A DNA stretch of 64,000 nucleotides. Origin: Octopus bimaculoides. Its lineage: Eukaryota. The stretch lies in NCBI RefSeq assembly GCF_001194135.2, contig NC_068984.1:82495270-82559269 (forward strand), given 5' to 3'. Of this stretch, positions 26,087-36,715 are shown piece by piece. The notes beneath the pieces were generated by a model that ran no database searches, was not told the DNA's origin, and was given only the letters and a program-made list of their open reading frames with translations. The position numbers were made by a program, and so were the translations under genes. Each line of letters starts with the position of its first letter. The stretch's first letter is position 1.

Positions 26087-29000
26087 TTGCGTGCGTTGAC
26101 ATTCTATACTCTGTCACCGCTTAGCGCATCGGTGTTGTAATGTTTACTTCCTATATTGTCCACACAACCGGTTGCTCTTCAAGTCATAAAATGCTACCTC
26201 AAATAAGTTCAACCCATGCAAAGAAAAGAACGAGGAGTTTCTTTAGAAGCGCACCGCTCCAAGAAAATTACGCTTACTTGTAAAAAAAAGTTACGAAAAT
26301 GGGAAATATATCCAAAATAAATGAAGCATGCAAAAAAAANNNNNNNNNNNNNNNNNNNATAAAATACGGGAAACAGGCACTCGCGAATATAAACAAACAT
26401 GCCGGACGATAACTTACTTTTACCAGTCATATTATTAATGATACAAGGGGCCCGACATGTTTGTTTATATTCGCGAGTGCCCGTTTTCCGTGTTTTATTT
26501 TTTAGAATAAAATATTTAAAAATAGATGAATCTAATTTTTTGCATACTTCATTTATTCTGGATATATTTCCCATTTTCATAATTTTTTTTAGAAATTAGG
26601 CCTCATTTTCTTGCAGAGGTGCGCTTCTTTCGAAGCGCTAAGAACCAATTAATATATATATATATATACACACACACACATACATACAACAAAACCTTCA
26701 CAAACTAGAACTTCCTAAAGAAGTATTGCTCTTACCAGAATTAGAATCCCTGTATGAAGGTCAATCTTGCAATATACTGTTTGGTATAATATGTAAAACA
26801 AAATCATCATAAACCAACCAACCAAGAATCCCCAAACTCTCAGAAGTAGAATTTCAAAAGACAACTCAGAACCACGAGAACATAGGATACAAAAGGTTAA
26901 CAGTCAACAAGCACAACAAACATATATATACATGCATCTGCTGACTAACGGCTACCATTATGGTTTCGACATCTGGACAGTACCATTTAATCTGGTAGTG
27001 TCAACAGCGTTAAACACTGCTTGAGGATTACTACGAAGCAGCAGCAGCGAAACATTAGCGCAATATGTCCATTACGTCTACACCTTATCATTACAAATAC
27101 AAACAACAAATCTTTAACTTAAATCGCAACATATAGCTATGAAGCTCAATCATAGAAAAGAGAAATATCCTCAATATGGACACTTACATCAAAAAATTAT
27201 GGTACTGAAAAACAGAGATCATTAAAACAAACCAGCGAATGTACTGAATAAAAGTTATTGAACACATTCAGAGATACACGTTGCCGATAGATAAAATGAA
27301 AAATAACCAAGGGAATAATCAACTTAGAACTGTAAATCGAAGAACATTAACCAATAAACATTGCTATCCTACAATTTATGACACGTATTTAAAACACGAA
27401 CCAAACGTTAACTAGCGTGTGCATGTATGTATGTATATATCTATTTATCTTTCTATACACATACACACATTCATGTGACTAGAAGAAATTTGACAAAATC
27501 GTATTTGAACACATTATGCAGACTACATGACGTGAATAAATTGAACAAGAAGAAAGATTGATGCCGAGTTCCTTTTAAGATAATTGGCAATAATTTTGTT
27601 TTGATGAGGAATATTCGAAACAAGTATTTCCTCTTCCACAGACAGCACATATTCAAATCACAAGAAAATGATTCACCAACATATAAACAAATTTTTCACT
27701 GAATAGCGTATGTCTTCCTTATCCGTTGGGTTTGGGTTTCGTAAGTTATTACAGAGACAGACGTATTACTGTCTACATTCACATATATGGTAGAGCTGTA
27801 GTCACTAGCTAACCAGCTGAAAATAACTCTGGTATATATGCTTGCTTAGTAGAGAAAGGGTGGAGGGGGTTCACTGGGTGTTGCCACCGACTCCGAACAC
27901 TAGACGAAACATAATTTAGACTTGTAATGTACAATGAATAGCAGACACGCAAAACAATTGATGACCTGGACATTTAATTCAATACAAGCACACATTAACG
28001 TCGTAGGAGAAAATACACTAGCAAAGCGAGTCAAAGACCAAATAACCCATTTCAAGAATTTGCGGTCTATGCCCGAAATCATTCTAACAACCTGTGGAAG
28101 CTATGACGGTACGCAGTAGTTCAAGAAGGGATGCAGTTGTCAGCCACGAAATTAGGCCACCTGATTTTTGAGAGTTGACATGCTGTCAGAATGAGATCAA
28201 TTGATGTACATCCTTACCTTTCCCTATAATGTTACAGGCATTAAAGTATCTTAAAATTACATAAATATATAACAGCCAATGAATCAGAGCTACATATACA
28301 CACATCTATTCACAAACTGCATGAGTGCCGATATACGTGACATTTGAGAGAAGGCGGAATGCCGAAATTATCAATCACCCACCATAGTATAGTAGTAGTA
28401 ACAGCAAAATGGTTTTCTAGAACCATCTTACAACCATCCTTTTTAAGCCCAACAGTTGTTATAAACGTGTATATAGAGACTTATTACAAGATCAGTATCA
28501 TTTTATCGACGCAAGAAATATGTAAACTAACGTAGAAAACCAACAGTATTTAGTCCGACACCGAGCATTCCTATAGACAAGCGTCGTAAATTATCTAGTG
28601 CTCTATAAACCGTAATTAGTTCGGATGTGTATGTTACAAATAAACATCGTAACTACGATTCTACAAAGAATTTTAATTTTCTTCCATGGAGGTAGATTTT
28701 TGCTCTTCCACCCTTTATGATTATACAGTGCCCCATCTTTTCTTTTTGGGTTGTGTTTTTTTAACAAAGACTATTCTAATTCTTCAAAAAATATGCGTCG
28801 CATAAATCTGAAAAAAAAAAAAAAAAGAATTCGAAAACCAACACTGGGTGGGGAACAGAAATCTACCTCCCCCACTTTTTTCCTCAGTACCGTTATTTCC
28901 GATGCTTGAAACTAGCATCTAAAGAAATCACAGCTTTTGCACTAATAGTCCACTTACGACGCTATTCCATAGAAATACCCAGCAAGGTTTCCCAGAACAC

Positions 29001-30742
29001 TAAAACAAAAGAAAAAAAGTTAACATTTCTCTACGATCTANNNNNNNNNNNNNNNNNNNNNNNNNNNNNNNNNNNNNNNNNNNNNNNNNNNNNNNNNNNN
29101 NNNNNNNNNNNNNNNNNNNNNNNNNNNNNNNNNNNNNNNNNNNNNNNNNNNNNNNNNNNNNNNNNNNNNNNNNNNNNNNNNNNNNNNNNNNNNNNNNNNN
29201 NNNNNNNNNNNNNNNNNNNNNNNNNNNNNNNNNNNNNNNNNNNNNNNNNNNNNNNNNNNNNNNNNNNNNNNNNNNNNNNNNNNNNNNNNNNNNNNNNNNN
29301 NNNNNNNNNNNNNNNNNNNNNNNNNNNNNNNNNNNNNNNNNNNNNNNNNNNNNNNNNNNNNNNNNNNNNNNNNNNNNNNNNNNNNNNNNNNNNNNNNNNN
29401 NNNNNNNNNNNNNNNNNNNNNNNNNNNNNNNNNNNNNNNNNNNNNNNNNNNNNNNNNNNNNNNNNNNNNNNNNNNNNNNNNNNNNNNNNNNNNNNNNNNN
29501 NNNNNNNNNNNNNNNNNNNNNNNNNNNNNNNNNNNNNNNNNNNNNNNNNNNNNNNNNNNNNNNNNNNNNNNNNNNNATATATATATATATATATATATAT
29601 ACGAGACAGGAAGAAAGGACTATTAAGATATTTACAGAATGTTATCTTTTCACTTATGTAAGGATCGTTACTTCGGCCAGTTTTCAACCATGAATTAACA
29701 TAAGTATTTATGTACACACATTGCATTAGAAATATATTTGTGGGACATACTCGTGACTATGAAGAAACAAATATTTAATAAAAAGATTTTAAGACAATAT
29801 AATTTAGGACAAAAAAAATGACCGACAGATTCTATATCGAGAATGAATAAGCACTTAGAAAGCAAGGCATACAAGAAAAATGTAGTGGCCCTGCTTCCAT
29901 TTACCAGTAATGGTTACGAACAGAGGTTCGAGAGTGGGGGCACTTCCTTTCCAGACAACCATGAAGTAGAAGTGTCTGAAGTAGGAGTTTTCATTCAAAA
30001 TTAAAACTGAATGATAGATGGTGGATAACAGAGTGCCGGTCTCGACATGCTAGAAACAGCAGTCAAATCTTTTCAAAATCACATCTTGCCATCTTAAAAA
30101 CAGACAGGACAATGCAGACCTATCTAGGTTTCACTTTTCTTGAGATTTTACCTCCGTAATTTATAAGCTTCCACGTTCTATTCATGAAAAATATTCTGTA
30201 ATTTTTTAAGTCCTTCATAGCTTTGCTGTTCGATAATATAAAAATTACTTCAATTTGGATGCAAGCAGTCATCCAAAAATTTTCTGCATTTATTAAAAAT
30301 TCTCATTGAGCATTATTACTATTGCCATCAGTCATTTGTACTCGCGAAACTGAAAAGGGTACGTTATACTCCAAGATTGCGCAATATAATCCTAAATACA
30401 TAACGTCTGCATAACTAATTGGTCACAATGGGACTGCATTGGAAACAGGTCAGCTAAAAATAAAAAAAAACTTTAAAGACTTAAAATAGGGCGATCCTAT
30501 TGTTTATTTATTATTATTATTTTTTTTGCCTAAGGACAAAGTTTCGGATATTACTCTTTTACTTGTTTCAGTCATTTGACTGCGGCCATGCTGGAGCACC
30601 GCCTTTAGTCGAGCAAATCGACCCCCAGGACTTATTCTTTGGAAGCCTAGTACTTATTCTATCGGTCTCTTTTTGCCGAACCGCTAAGTTACGGGGACGT
30701 AAACACACCAACATCGGTTGTCAAGCGATGTTGGGGGGACAA

Positions 30743-30775
<33 letters not shown>

Positions 30776-31982
30776 ACGGGCTTTTCAGTTTCCATCTACC
30801 AAATCCATTCACAAGGCTTTGGTCGGCCCGAGNNNNNNNNNNGCCTAGTACTTATTCTATCGGTCTCTTTTTGCCGAACCGCTAAGTTACGGGGACGTAA
30901 ACACACCAACATCGGTTGTCAAGCGATGTTGGGGGGACAAACACATACATATATATATATATATATATACGACGGGCTTTTCAGTTTCCATCTACCAAAT
31001 CCATTCACAAGGCTTTGGTCGGCCCGAGGCTATGGTAGAAGACACTTGCCCAAGGTGCCACGCAGTGGGACTGAACCCAGAACCATGTGGTTGGTAAGCA
31101 AGCTATTTACCACACAGCCACACCTGCTATAATAATAATAAGTAATAATAATTTTAAAAAAAGACGAACTCTTGACTGACTCACCTCTCTCAATGATATT
31201 TTTGCTTTATATCGTATATCATTTCCATCACGCGTGAAGACAGGATGCCGTTTGTCCCTGATGACAAACACAACATCTGCTGGTATATTATAAGGGGTCT
31301 GATCTCCTTCTTTTGGAAAAGTGATCTTCGTACCGGCTTTCCAACCGGGTTTGATATCTACTGTTAAGATTTTCTCTTCTCTGACTTGTTTATTCGACTG
31401 GACCATTATCGTTCGTGTGATTTTCATTTTCTTCGTGCAACCCGTGCAGATATCCTCAAGACTGACAGGTAGATCCTTGACAATCGGTTTGTCTTGTTCC
31501 TTCTGTCGCCGGAACGACGGTCCACCCATATTAAAACCATGTCTACCGAAGTGCGAGAATGGCTCATCCACATCCATATCATCGCCAACAAAGCCGCCAG
31601 ATTGGTGCTGCGATCTTTGATCACCTGGGAATGAACTAAACATGAACGAATTGAACGGGCCTTCATCCCCGAAAAACATCCTGAACGTTTCGTGCGGGTC
31701 ACAGTGGAATGAGTAAGAGAAGTTTGCACCTTGTTCCCCACCCATACCACCGGGAACATTGCCCCTAAGTCCTTCTTCTCCATAAGAATCGAATACTTTC
31801 CTTTTTTCTTTGTCGGACAGGATTTCATATGCTTCGGCTACCTCTTTGAACTTTTCTTCGGCTCCAGGAGATTTGTTTTTGTCCGGATGGTATTTCAGAG
31901 CCATTTTCCGATAGGCTTTCCTGATGTCATCTTCCGTTGCATTTTTACTTATACCTAAGATTTTGTAATAATCTTTCCCCAT
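22799..31982 (-). CDS. DNAJB1/4/5: DnaJ homolog subfamily B (Hsp40, DNAJB1/4/5 type), 342 aa: complement(join(22799..23029,31185..31982))
   Basis: J domain [10 protein letters not shown]...YHPDKNK (HPD motif), G/F region with [11 protein letters not shown], no CXXCXGXG zinc finger, and C-terminal substrate-binding domains ([17 protein letters not shown]...[13 protein letters not shown]). Phase-0 intron with donor GTGAGT (31184) and acceptor ttttttag (23030). No signal peptide. Confidence 0.97.
23255..23358. repeat. (AG)n-rich microsatellite
   Basis: Interrupted GA repeat read directly; it generates the spurious RERERE ORFs. Confidence 0.9.
23955..24400 (+). mobile_element. SINE with RTE-like 3' tail
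   Basis: tRNA-like head (agctatgtggttaagaa...gggttcag), body ...gcatccagctgtagaa..., tail catgccagcatggaaaacagatagtaaacgatgatgatg. A related copy lies at 61760-61985. Confidence 0.75.
25532..25964. repeat. Imperfect fold-back centred on (TA)n, in DNAJB intron
   Basis: Paired arms: ggttatgtatgtatg..ggcttcagtgac / gtcactgaagccatacatacatacatacataacc; gtgattgacag / ctgtcaatcac; gtgtttgatggggtgtg / cacaccccatcaaacac. Confidence 0.8.
26245..26628. mobile_element. Fold-back/MITE-like element (about 380 bp, contains a 19-N gap), in DNAJB intron
   Basis: Outer arms agaagcgcacc..caagaaaat / attttcttg..ggtgcgcttct. Middle arms gaaaatgggaaatatatccaaaataaatgaag / cttcatttattctggatatatttcccattttc. Inner arms ggcactcgcgaatataaacaaacatg / catgtttgtttatattcgcgagtgcc. 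Confidence 0.82.
29041..29576. other. Assembly gap (N run); other gaps at 26340-26358, 30833-30842, 51488-51587, 57396-57405, 59454-59887, 62457-62532
   Basis: N characters in the sequence; several gaps abut (TA)n tracts. Confidence 0.99.
30548..31126 (-). mobile_element. Full-length tRNA-derived SINE with internal (TA)n, about 60 nt inside the DNAJB intron 5' end
   Basis: The - strand reads gtggctgtgtggtaaatagc...ggttctgggttcagtcccactgcgtggcaccttgggcaagtg...ccagcatggccgcagtcaaatgactgaaac. An internal segment is duplicated across a 10-N gap (see rejected). Confidence 0.85.
31185..31982 (-). CDS. DNAJB1/4/5: DNAJB exon 1 coding part (266 codons)
   Basis: The ORF-track entry 31107..31982 runs past donor GAG|GTGAGT after ...KISLRE. 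Confidence 0.97.
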
Positions 31983-32204
31983 CGTTTATATTTTGCGTTT
32001 TAAATCAATTTTTAAAACAAAATTCTATCAAGCCTTCTATTTATAAAAGAAAAAGGGAGTAATGGGACTGACTGTTTTTTTCTCTCAATGTGTATAAATA
32101 TATATGCAACAATTAAAGTATATTAAAAAAAAAATCCTAAATTGTTTACCTAGAATAGTTAAAAAGTGAAAGCTTCACAATCCAATTACACGACATAACA
32201 TCGT

Positions 32205-32215
32205 AAAATGGCGGC
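32205..32215 (-). promoter_or_regulatory. YY1-like motif near the predicted DNAJB TSS
   Basis: AAAATGGCGGC (GCCGCCATTTT on -), just downstream of the TSS predicted at about 32221 from the TATA box. Confidence 0.45.
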
Positions 32216-32242
32216 GTGAAAGTGTGTAGTCAGACGCCGAGG

Positions 32243-32256
32243 CTATTTATAAATAG
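32243..32256 (-). promoter_or_regulatory. TATA box (palindromic CTATTTATAAATAG) of DNAJB
   Basis: TATAAA on - at 32251-32246, about 20 bp downstream of the HSE and about 270 bp upstream of the ATG. Confidence 0.75.
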
Positions 32257-32269
32257 TCTGTGACGTGTA

Positions 32270-32299
32270 CTTCTAGAACATTCGAGAACCATCTAGAAA
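32270..32299. promoter_or_regulatory. Heat-shock element, six alternating nGAAn pentamers
   Basis: cTTCt aGAAc aTTCg aGAAc cATCt aGAAa: five perfect units and one single-mismatch unit, upstream of an Hsp40 gene. Confidence 0.92.
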
Positions 32300-32300
32300 G

Positions 32301-32322
32301 CCAATCAGAACACGCCACGTCA
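32301..32322 (+). promoter_or_regulatory. ER-stress response element (CCAAT-N9-CCACG) overlapping a UPRE/CRE-like TGACGTGG
   Basis: CCAAT(32301-05) cagaacacg CCACG(32315-19). 32315-32322 CCACGTCA equals TGACGTGG on -. A second TGACGTG lies at 32261-32267. Confidence 0.7.
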
Positions 32323-32718
32323 CAGGTGATGTTTTTGTTATTTTATTACGACAGTAGAAACAAAAAACAATGACAGATAACCTCCCTTTAATTAAGTTTA
32401 AATGCTGAACAGAAAAGCGGTAATTAGCAGCAAAACTGGTTAATTATCATGTTAATAGTTTCTTATACAAAGGTTGGAAATATCAGATCTAGTGGTGGTG
32501 TCGGAAGACATTGCGAGTGGAAAAGAATGAAAATGATTACTGAAAAAATTGCCGGTTCGTCACAAACGGATAAAATATGAATTATAACACAACCAACGAA
32601 TAATATTTCTTTTAACAAGGTATAAAGCATCCTGTGTATCATACTTAAGGTGGGTATACTGTAGAAAGCCACATAACTGTGGTATTCGTCTCGAGAAAGC
32701 ATCTTGTACAGACATATT

Positions 32719-33122
32719 GTGCTAAAAAAAAAAACAAGCACAGAAGAACATCAGTAGCAGACGAAAAGCGTCCAGCAGTGACGGTGGAATGGCTAATCTA
32801 GATTTCCGGGTATTTGAACGTTATCAATAGCAAGCATTCACTAGCAACCGCATGCTTAGACAAATTTAGCTTCTACTGACAGACAAAAACAGTAATTAAC
32901 AAATCATTAACATCAACGAATTTTTACCAAGCCTTGCTGGCTATTGGTGACACAAATGATTTGTTAATCTCTGTTTTTGTATAGCAGCAGAAGCTAACTT
33001 TGTCTAAGCCTGCGGTTGCTGCTGGTGGCGTGCAAATACGCAGAAATCTAGATTTAGCAATTCTACCACTATTGCTGGGCGCTTTTCGTCTGCTACTGAT
33101 GTTTTTCTGTGGTTTTTAGCAC
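32719..33122. mobile_element. Fold-back element/MITE, 404 bp, near-continuous imperfect palindrome
   Basis: Arms pair from gtgctaaaaa / tttttagcac through acatcagtagcagacgaaaagcg / cgcttttcgtctgctactgatgt, aatctagattt, gcttagacaaa / tttgtctaagc and attaacaaatcatt / aatgatttgttaat. Loop at about 32912-32953. Confidence 0.88.
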
Positions 33123-34256
33123 TATACGAGACTCTTTCTCGGGGCGAATAATGCAGTTATGTGATTGTTTACAGTTTATCTACCTTGAGTAAGATAGACT
33201 GCAATTTTTAACCAATACTGTTTCCGTCACTGATGACGAATTTTTTGACAAAAAGTTTCAGATTCAACAGTTATGACAACGAATCAACCCATTTTATTCT
33301 ATAAAACAAAACCGGATCGCAAACTTTGTTTGTAGGATGTTCCCAACAGGACCCGACTTAATTATATTTGTTTGCCAAATATTTCATTTTGTGATATTTT
33401 ATGCCTTTTCCTGCAGAGGTATTAGCGAAACTAACTGGCTGCTAATGCGAATCGAATACCTCTTTCTTGACTCGGATAGCAAGGCGTTTACTTTCACTCT
33501 ACAGCAATTGCTGTCACTATTAGTGATAACAGTAGGGTCCTTTACATGATTGCTCGACTTGCTACAAATTGTAGCTAATACATCTCCGCAGCGAACCAAT
33601 AGTTTTCACATTTCTACTATTTATAATCATCTAATCTAAGCTGTATAATTTTTCATGGTTCAAGGCCAAATGTAAAGATACCTTTGACCAAGAAATCCAA
33701 TGGTTTAAAGAAGTTTACTGTCTGGTTTTCTTCAGGTTAAGTGTTGAAATTGGAAATATATGTTTGATGTCCCGTCATGTACATACCGAAAGCTACCGTT
33801 TTTATCCGGGCTAGGCAAATCCGTTGCATCTATTTTTTCCCTTGAAAGTTTCTTTACTAACAAGAAGAATCAAATAGAAGCTTGCCCGTGAAATACGAGT
33901 GTTGAATGCACTGGTGAGCCCTTACTCTGATGTTGCTGTGGAACCAACAGCACTGTTAAGTTCACCTTGAAGGACAGGGAGTTTAAGGAAGCAAATGCGT
34001 ACGAAAGAAATTACATCTGCGATTAGAAAATCAGAGAGGCTCGGACGTTTCATGCGTGCAATTGAAGTTTGTAACAATGCGGTATTGTAGTAATGTTCAT
34101 AGAAGATGAAGCAGGATCAACAATTAGATTACTGACACTAGATAATTAACCTCGACTATATTAGCTGTTAACTCAGTTATTTGTTTTACATTGTCTGTTT
34201 TTTAGTAGATGCAGAAATAGCTGGTTTCTATTCGGGTGACAATTTAAAATAAGATT

Positions 34257-34290
<34 letters not shown>

Positions 34291-35224
34291 CGTGTAACCA
34301 ATGAATAAATTCAAATATCAAAATGATGTAGAAAATAAAAATAAAAGCAAATAATTAAATCTTTCAGCAATTTAACAAATTAATTTTTCAAATATAAATA
34401 ATGTCCCATACTTAGTCATTCATACTAGTCCGATGAAGGAAGGACTTGTACGAACATAATAATGGTCACAAAAATTTCAGTGCCTGATCCTTGAAAAAGA
34501 ATTGATATTGCAATATTTTCTTCCTTTTGTAAGAGAAAGGGCATGTTAAATACAACGCGACAGATGAAAAAGAACCGATACAAAGCCTTTCAAAATGTGA
34601 ATCAGCTCAAGCATGTGCTAAAAGAGGCAATCAATTGCATTTTTCCTGTACTTGGTAGATATAAATAACGAGTCACTGTAGTACAAATATAAAGCTATTC
34701 TCATGAAAAGGAATGATAAATGTACTCAATGAGAGAAATATACGTTTGTATGTGTAAGTTGTTATAGTCCGTCTGACGAAGAGAATTCACTCATGGTTCC
34801 ATTCGTCGCAGTTGTGCTGTCAGCAACTGATCCGTTTTTAACTGCATGGCACAATGTATTTGACTGGGAAAATTTTGACACCACTTGGCAGTGTCTCTAA
34901 CTAATGTCACGGCAAAATAAGCTAACTAAAGAGGACAGTCACATGACTATCGGGTGTATATCTCGTTGAACAGACGAAACATTGTGACTTTGGTACTGCG
35001 TGCACACACATATTTATAAATACGCGCAAGTACGAAACACCCTACAAGGTGAGGATATTGCGATGTTTGTATGAAGTAGTTGAATTTTTATTTTCATATA
35101 TAACATATAAACATGTACATCTTTTAGAAATTGTCAATTTATAAAATTTTGCTGATTTTAAATTAACATAAACATTTACTTACACGAAAGAAAATTTCCA
35201 GAGAACTTTCATCTAATTCTTCCA

Positions 35225-35671
35225 AATCTTTCCCTTAAAACTGTATTAAAACCATTGGTCTCTTTCCATCACTTTGGTATAAACCCGACGGCTCCAGAAC
35301 TGAGGGGATATTAATCCGAGCCAGGGCCCGCTTAATGATTGGGTTTAGCTTGGTGTGACGAGAGAAGCATGTAGGCTGCAAGATAGACCGTGAAGGCTTG
35401 TGGGGTCGAGGGGCCTACCACAGCGACATCTCAGTCCCCTACAAACGTCAATTCCCACTCTGAGTGCGATGGAGATGCGGAGTTCAACTTGAGAGAAATC
35501 CACTCTAAGAGGGCCTACGTCATAGAAGAACTCCGACTTTATCCGTCCGTAATCCTTCCGGCCTATCGTATATAAGATAAGGTCTTTAGATGATTTCTTC
35601 TCTAACCGTTTGGCAGATGACATAGCTGCCAAACGGCTTATGAGTCTGTTATTAATTGCCTTAATAGCCAT
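35225..35671 (-). mobile_element. Non-LTR retrotransposon fragment with zinc knuckle + restriction-like endonuclease (RLE) signature
   Basis: [17 protein letters not shown] followed (after a frameshift) by [35 protein letters not shown], the CCHC-RH-(P)DG arrangement of RLE-clade (CRE/NeSL/HERO-like) elements. Confidence 0.78.
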
Positions 35672-35699
35672 ATAGTTCGTATCTCTCTTTTGTATTTTT

Positions 35700-36500
35700 T
35701 ATGCTATTTCTTATTTTGGATAGGGTGGTCTGTGTCTTTTTCTTTCTTTTTCTTCAAGAACGTCGACCACCCCTCCTCTTTTTCATTGTCTTCACATTCT
35801 TCTGCTGTTGTTGTAGGTGCCGCTTCCACTATCTCAGCATTATTTTCTTTGTCTTTCTGTACTTTTTCCTCCTCGGCTTGCATTCAGACCTTATATGGCC
35901 CTTCAATCCACATTTAAAGCACATTGGCTTCTTGCCTTCGACGAATACGATTAGTCTCTCTTCGCCGAATCAACAAGTTTAAGCATTGACCTTTCCAGTT
36001 TCCTTCCTCCACCACAGAGGCTTGGATGATGGATATTTCATCCTCCTGATCCATAATTATTGCTGCTACGAGCCAGGTAGCATCTACTTCTGGAGGGATG
36101 TTAGTTATTTTTATTTTAGATGTTCTTCTTCCCATATATATGGGAAGAAGCACCACCTCCTCCGTTCTCAAAGTTTCAGAGGAGTGCCGCTTGGCCACCT
36201 CTTCTGATATGAATCTTACTTCCACCGTACCAAATCTTTTACCTCTCGTCATGAAAGTGATATCTGACCATATCAGTTCGGTTTTAAACATTTTCCCACA
36301 GTTTTCTCTTCCATTTTATCGATCTTCTTTTTTGCCACATTATACGTTTTATAAATGATTCTCTTCTTGGTCACTTGTTTCATGGTTTCTGTCGGAGGGG
36401 CCACTTGAATCTCCGTCCCCTCCTTTTTAAGCATTGGCATACACTTCCTTAGATTCTCAATTTCAATATTTATTTTGCTTTCCTTCCTCCCGGCTACTTC
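35700..36500 (-). mobile_element. Gag-like/LINE ORF1 remnant with CCHC zinc knuckle
   Basis: ORF MFKTELIWS...KITNIPPEV (RRM-like), then CFKCGLKGHIRSEC (CX2CX4HX4C, 35880-35921) in a shifted frame, followed by a charged low-complexity tail. Confidence 0.72.
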
Positions 36501-36715
36501 AGCAAAGTTCAGTTTTTTTGGGTGCTACTTTTTGAATTTTTTCTTCTTCACCTGTTACAAACACAGGCATATCCAATACTGTTGAAAAACAGTTTCGGCA
36601 CAACGCCGGACACAAAAATAATTTGGTTTACACAGTTCAACAATAATAATTCCCCCGCAAGCATATTTAAAAATATTCTGAAGTTAACAATGGATCTATT
36701 TGGAAATATTGAAAA

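Noticed and set aside
28906-29726. Long ORFs 28906..29661, 29031..29726 (also 59386..59904 and 59408..59920)
   Set aside because: They are open only because they run through N gaps and (TA)n tracts.
30645-31028. Apparent ~187-bp tandem duplication within a SINE (30645-30832 and 30843-31028)
   Set aside because: The copies are identical except for (TA)n length and are separated by a 10-N gap; most likely unmerged overlapping contig ends (assembly artefact). ORF 30500..31132 is a by-product.
33337-34130. Possible + strand exons of a gene divergent from the DNAJB promoter (acceptors at 33416 and about 33736)
   Set aside because: No donor/ORF consistency and no protein similarity; cannot be supported without transcripts.
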